Notes under the pieces: generated by a model | The model's database searches: none | The model's input: only the letters and a program-made list of their open reading frames with translations | What the model was told of the DNA's origin: nothing | Shown: in pieces, positions 49,424 to 52,354 of the stretch | Position numbering within the stretch: position 1 is the stretch's first letter | Layout of the letters: the number at the start of each line of letters is the position of its first letter | Assembly: GCA_032718475.1 (NCBI GenBank) | Contig: JAUCBJ010000713.1 | Span: forward strand, 1 to 52,354 | Direction of reading: 5' to 3' | Source: Nemertoderma westbladi | Taxonomy: Eukaryota; Animalia; Xenacoelomorpha | Length of the DNA: 52,354 nt | Position numbers and translations under genes: made by a program

Positions 49424-49526
49424 CCTGCGGGATTACTGCATAGAATACCAAGGTGTAGACATGCTCGTAATAGGTGTCAATAAAGACAACCCTTTTGGGG
49501 AGAAGAAGTCATGCTCTATACTATAG
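49424..49526 (+). CDS. GNG: G-protein gamma subunit, coding exon 2
   Basis: Polypyrimidine tract plus tag acceptor ending at 49423. Joined in frame it gives DLRDYCIEYQGVDMLVIGVNKDNPFGEKKSCSIL*, with the NPF motif and CAAX box CSIL. Total length 64 aa. Confidence 0.92.
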
Positions 49527-50364
49527 TTTAGTATACGAGTGCAAGACTATGATACATTCTTACCCACAGGTATTGGACAAGCACCACACCCAAGAATGCA
49601 CTCAATGTCAAAGCAACTAAATTCAACTAGAATCCCCATTTAGTGTGTTGTGTAGTGAGTGTTACTAAATAATAAGATGAATAATTTCCAAGAACAGCAT
49701 TAGCCCGCATGATAATTTGTTTTACACATACCCTTGTGTTTATTTCCCTATTTATTTTGTCCAAGTAAATAAGTTGGCATGTTTCGTTTGGGTGCTAATT
49801 TATTTTAACAGGTCTTGTTTATGTTTCCCCATTCATGTTTTGTTTATGTTATTTATGTTAGACATAGAGCCTCGCACGAGGGTGCTGGGAATGTTAGTTG
49901 GTTTATTTGTGTGAACAGCCCAGCAGAAATATATTATATACACCCTAACACGGCGAAAATGGATACAGTAATAATTCCACCTCAGTTGTGATTGTATAAT
50001 ATAGTAAATGCATAATTATTGATATATGTAAAGTTGTAAGTATGTACAATTATTAATGGAAGTTAGTTTGTGGCTGTGGTAGAAGCAAGTGTGGCGAGAC
50101 GTGGTAGGTAGTACAGTACAGTGCGTGGTACCGATAGGAACATGAACCCAAGCTGTACAGCCAAACAAAGGACAAATATAATTCGTGAAATAGTACTGAA
50201 TTCTGGCATATTAGGTGGTGGAACCCATGAGTGTTGGTGCGTGTGAGGTGGTGTCTATTTCGTTGCCTTGCGCTGAGCCGTCCTTGCAGCAACTTAGCAT
50301 TGCAGTTAATTTCAAGTTCGTGACTGAAGTTATGGTAAGAGTAATGACGTCAGATTTAAAACAA

Positions 50365-51120
50365 TTTGAGGTAAATCGGGTGTCTCAGTCTGTACTCACA
50401 GATATCCCCATTGGTGACATATCCTTTGCTGAAAACAAGATTGCTGCAAAGAGCATCAATACCATTCGTGCAAGTGGATTAGATGGTGTCTTTTAGATTC
50501 CTGAGTGACAGCAGCTTATTCACCCCCTTATCGTGGACTTGTATTGGGCGGTCCCTCAAGAAATAAAAACAAGTTGGTGCCAGTTCCCAAGAAGAGCAAC
50601 CTAACACTCTATTGATATTTTCGTAGTATCTCATTGATCTCGATTGCCGCAAAGCTATACAATAAATGTAGAGTTATATTAAATCGCATCAAGGATCCCA
50701 TTGAGAGACTGCTACGTGGAAATCGAATCAGAATGGGTTCCGGAAAGGTCGTGGGACCATAGAGCCCAGTCTAGCGCTTAGAAGGATAATTTAAGAGTGC
50801 CAAATAAGTAAGACACACGTCTGTTTGTTATCTTTGTTGACTTTGTTAATGCCTTCGATTCAGTCTATCGACCACGTATGTTCAGTATACGTGGGTGGAT
50901 AACGTCCCCTTGGGATCATGGATCCGGAAGTCAGGTGAACACCTTCGGATACGTAAGGGAATGGCATGGGAAGTATTGAATAGTCTGTCCTGGATTTGGA
51001 AGTCCCATATAATAAAACGGAATCTCAAGGGGCGATTATTTAGGGCAGCAGAAGAAACAGTTTTCCTATATGGGAGTCCATGCTGGGCTCTAACTGCAGA
51101 GGATACCAAATCTTTGGATC
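50365..51120 (+). mobile_element. Decayed, internally deleted copy of RTE family B
   Basis: DIPIGDISFAE..RASGLDGV and LGSWIRKSGEHLRIRKG..LYGSPCWALTAEDTKSLD match 7232-8511. Confidence 0.88.
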
Positions 51121-51299
51121 AATATTACAATGAACAAGTTTTTTTTAATAAGTCGCGTTTTTACTTCAAGTTCTTTAAGATTTTTTGTATTATGGAACTT
51201 TCTAGTGGTTGTAATCAGATATCGACGGTAATTTTATGTTCAATATTTGTAATATGGTTTTAGTCATTTTAACTAGGCAGAAATGTTATTGCTTTAGCA

Positions 51300-52030
51300 C
51301 TTGGGTTGTATCTATTGTACCGTTGTGTGTGTATCATTAGGGTTGTATCTATTGTATCGCTATGGTTGTGTGTGTGTACCAAGTTGGGTTTGTATCTATT
51401 GTATCGTTAGGGTTGTGTGTATATCATTAGGGTTGTATCGATTGCACCGCTAGGGTTGTGTGTGTATCATTAGGGTTGTATCTATTGTATCGCTATGGTT
51501 GTGTGTGTACCAAGTTGGGTTTGTATCTATTGTATCGCTATGGTTGTGTGTATATCATTAGGGTTGTATCTATTGCACCGCTAGGGTTGTGTGTGTATCA
51601 TTAGGGTTGTATCTATTGTATCGCTATGGTTGTGTGTGTACCAAGTTGGGTTTGTATCTATTGTATCGCTATGGTTGTGTGTGTATCATTAGGGTTGTAT
51701 CTATTGCACCGTTGTGTGTGTACCAAGTTGGGTTTGTATCTATTGTATCGCTATGGTTGTGTGTGTACCAAGTTGGGTTTGTATCTATTGTATCGCTATG
51801 GTTGTGTGTGTACCAAGTTGGTTTTGTATCTATTGTATCGCTATGGTTGTGTGTGTACCAAGTTGGGTTTGTATCTATTGTATCGCTATGGTTGTGTGTG
51901 TACCAAGTTGGGTTTGTATCTATTGTATCGCTATGGTTGTGTGTGTACCAAGTTGGGTTTGTATCTATTGTATCGCTATGGTTGTGTGTGTACCAAGTTG
52001 GGTTTGTATCTATTGTACCGCTATGGCTGT
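51300..52030. repeat. Minisatellite, 42-bp unit with a ~40-bp variant
   Basis: Unit tgtgtaccaagttgggtttgtatctattgtatcgctatggttg repeated. Variant units with tatcattagggttg are interspersed in the left half. Confidence 0.97.
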
Positions 52031-52354
52031 ACCGTGGTCTATCTATGTAAGTAGCATCGTGGTTGTTTCGAGCGGGTCTTGCTCTAATTATTACCAATTT
52101 GCACTGTTTTGGGGGTTTCTTAGTGTGGTGTGTGTGAGTTTCGCGTACGCTGTATTATCAATACCGCACTCACACTCTCTATATTATATTCCTTTCTAGG
52201 TGTGTTTTTGTCGTTCAAATTCGCCTAGATGTTACCTTCTTCGAACTTTTCCCTATCTGAATACTGTAAACGCTTACGATGTACCTCTGAGAAAAAATAT
52301 CTACCCTATCCAACGCTACAATACAGCATGCGCACTGCATAGATTCTAATATAT

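Noticed and set aside
51589-52199. Cys/Tyr-rich repetitive ORFs on both strands
   Set aside because: A by-product of a stop-free 42-bp minisatellite that is open in several frames.

Overview
AT-rich animal (probably invertebrate) genomic DNA, mostly transposon-derived, with four host genes. These are an intronless BAF-like gene, an intronless SLC22 transporter, a two-coding-exon G-protein gamma subunit gene missed by the ORF track, and an intronless Bub3 nested on the same strand inside the 9.66-kb G-gamma intron. The main finding is a very recent 11-kb BEL/Pao-derived LTR element (9445-20439; 1261-bp near-identical LTRs, CCTCC TSD). It keeps an intact gag-protease ORF but has lost RT, most of RNase H and integrase, with the frame left open. 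It also carries extra 3' ORFs (a multi-zinc-finger protein) behind a long GC-rich hairpin. It has no tRNA primer-binding site. Instead, the 13 nt abutting the 5' LTR are the exact reverse complement of a 13-mer inside the LTR, which is the geometry of Tf1-type self-priming. Also present are a decayed Ty3/gypsy gag-pol bracketed by inverted repeat arrays, nested RTE LINEs, an Academ-like remnant, several MITEs, a perfect palindrome and minisatellites. All calls are by eye and no searches were run.
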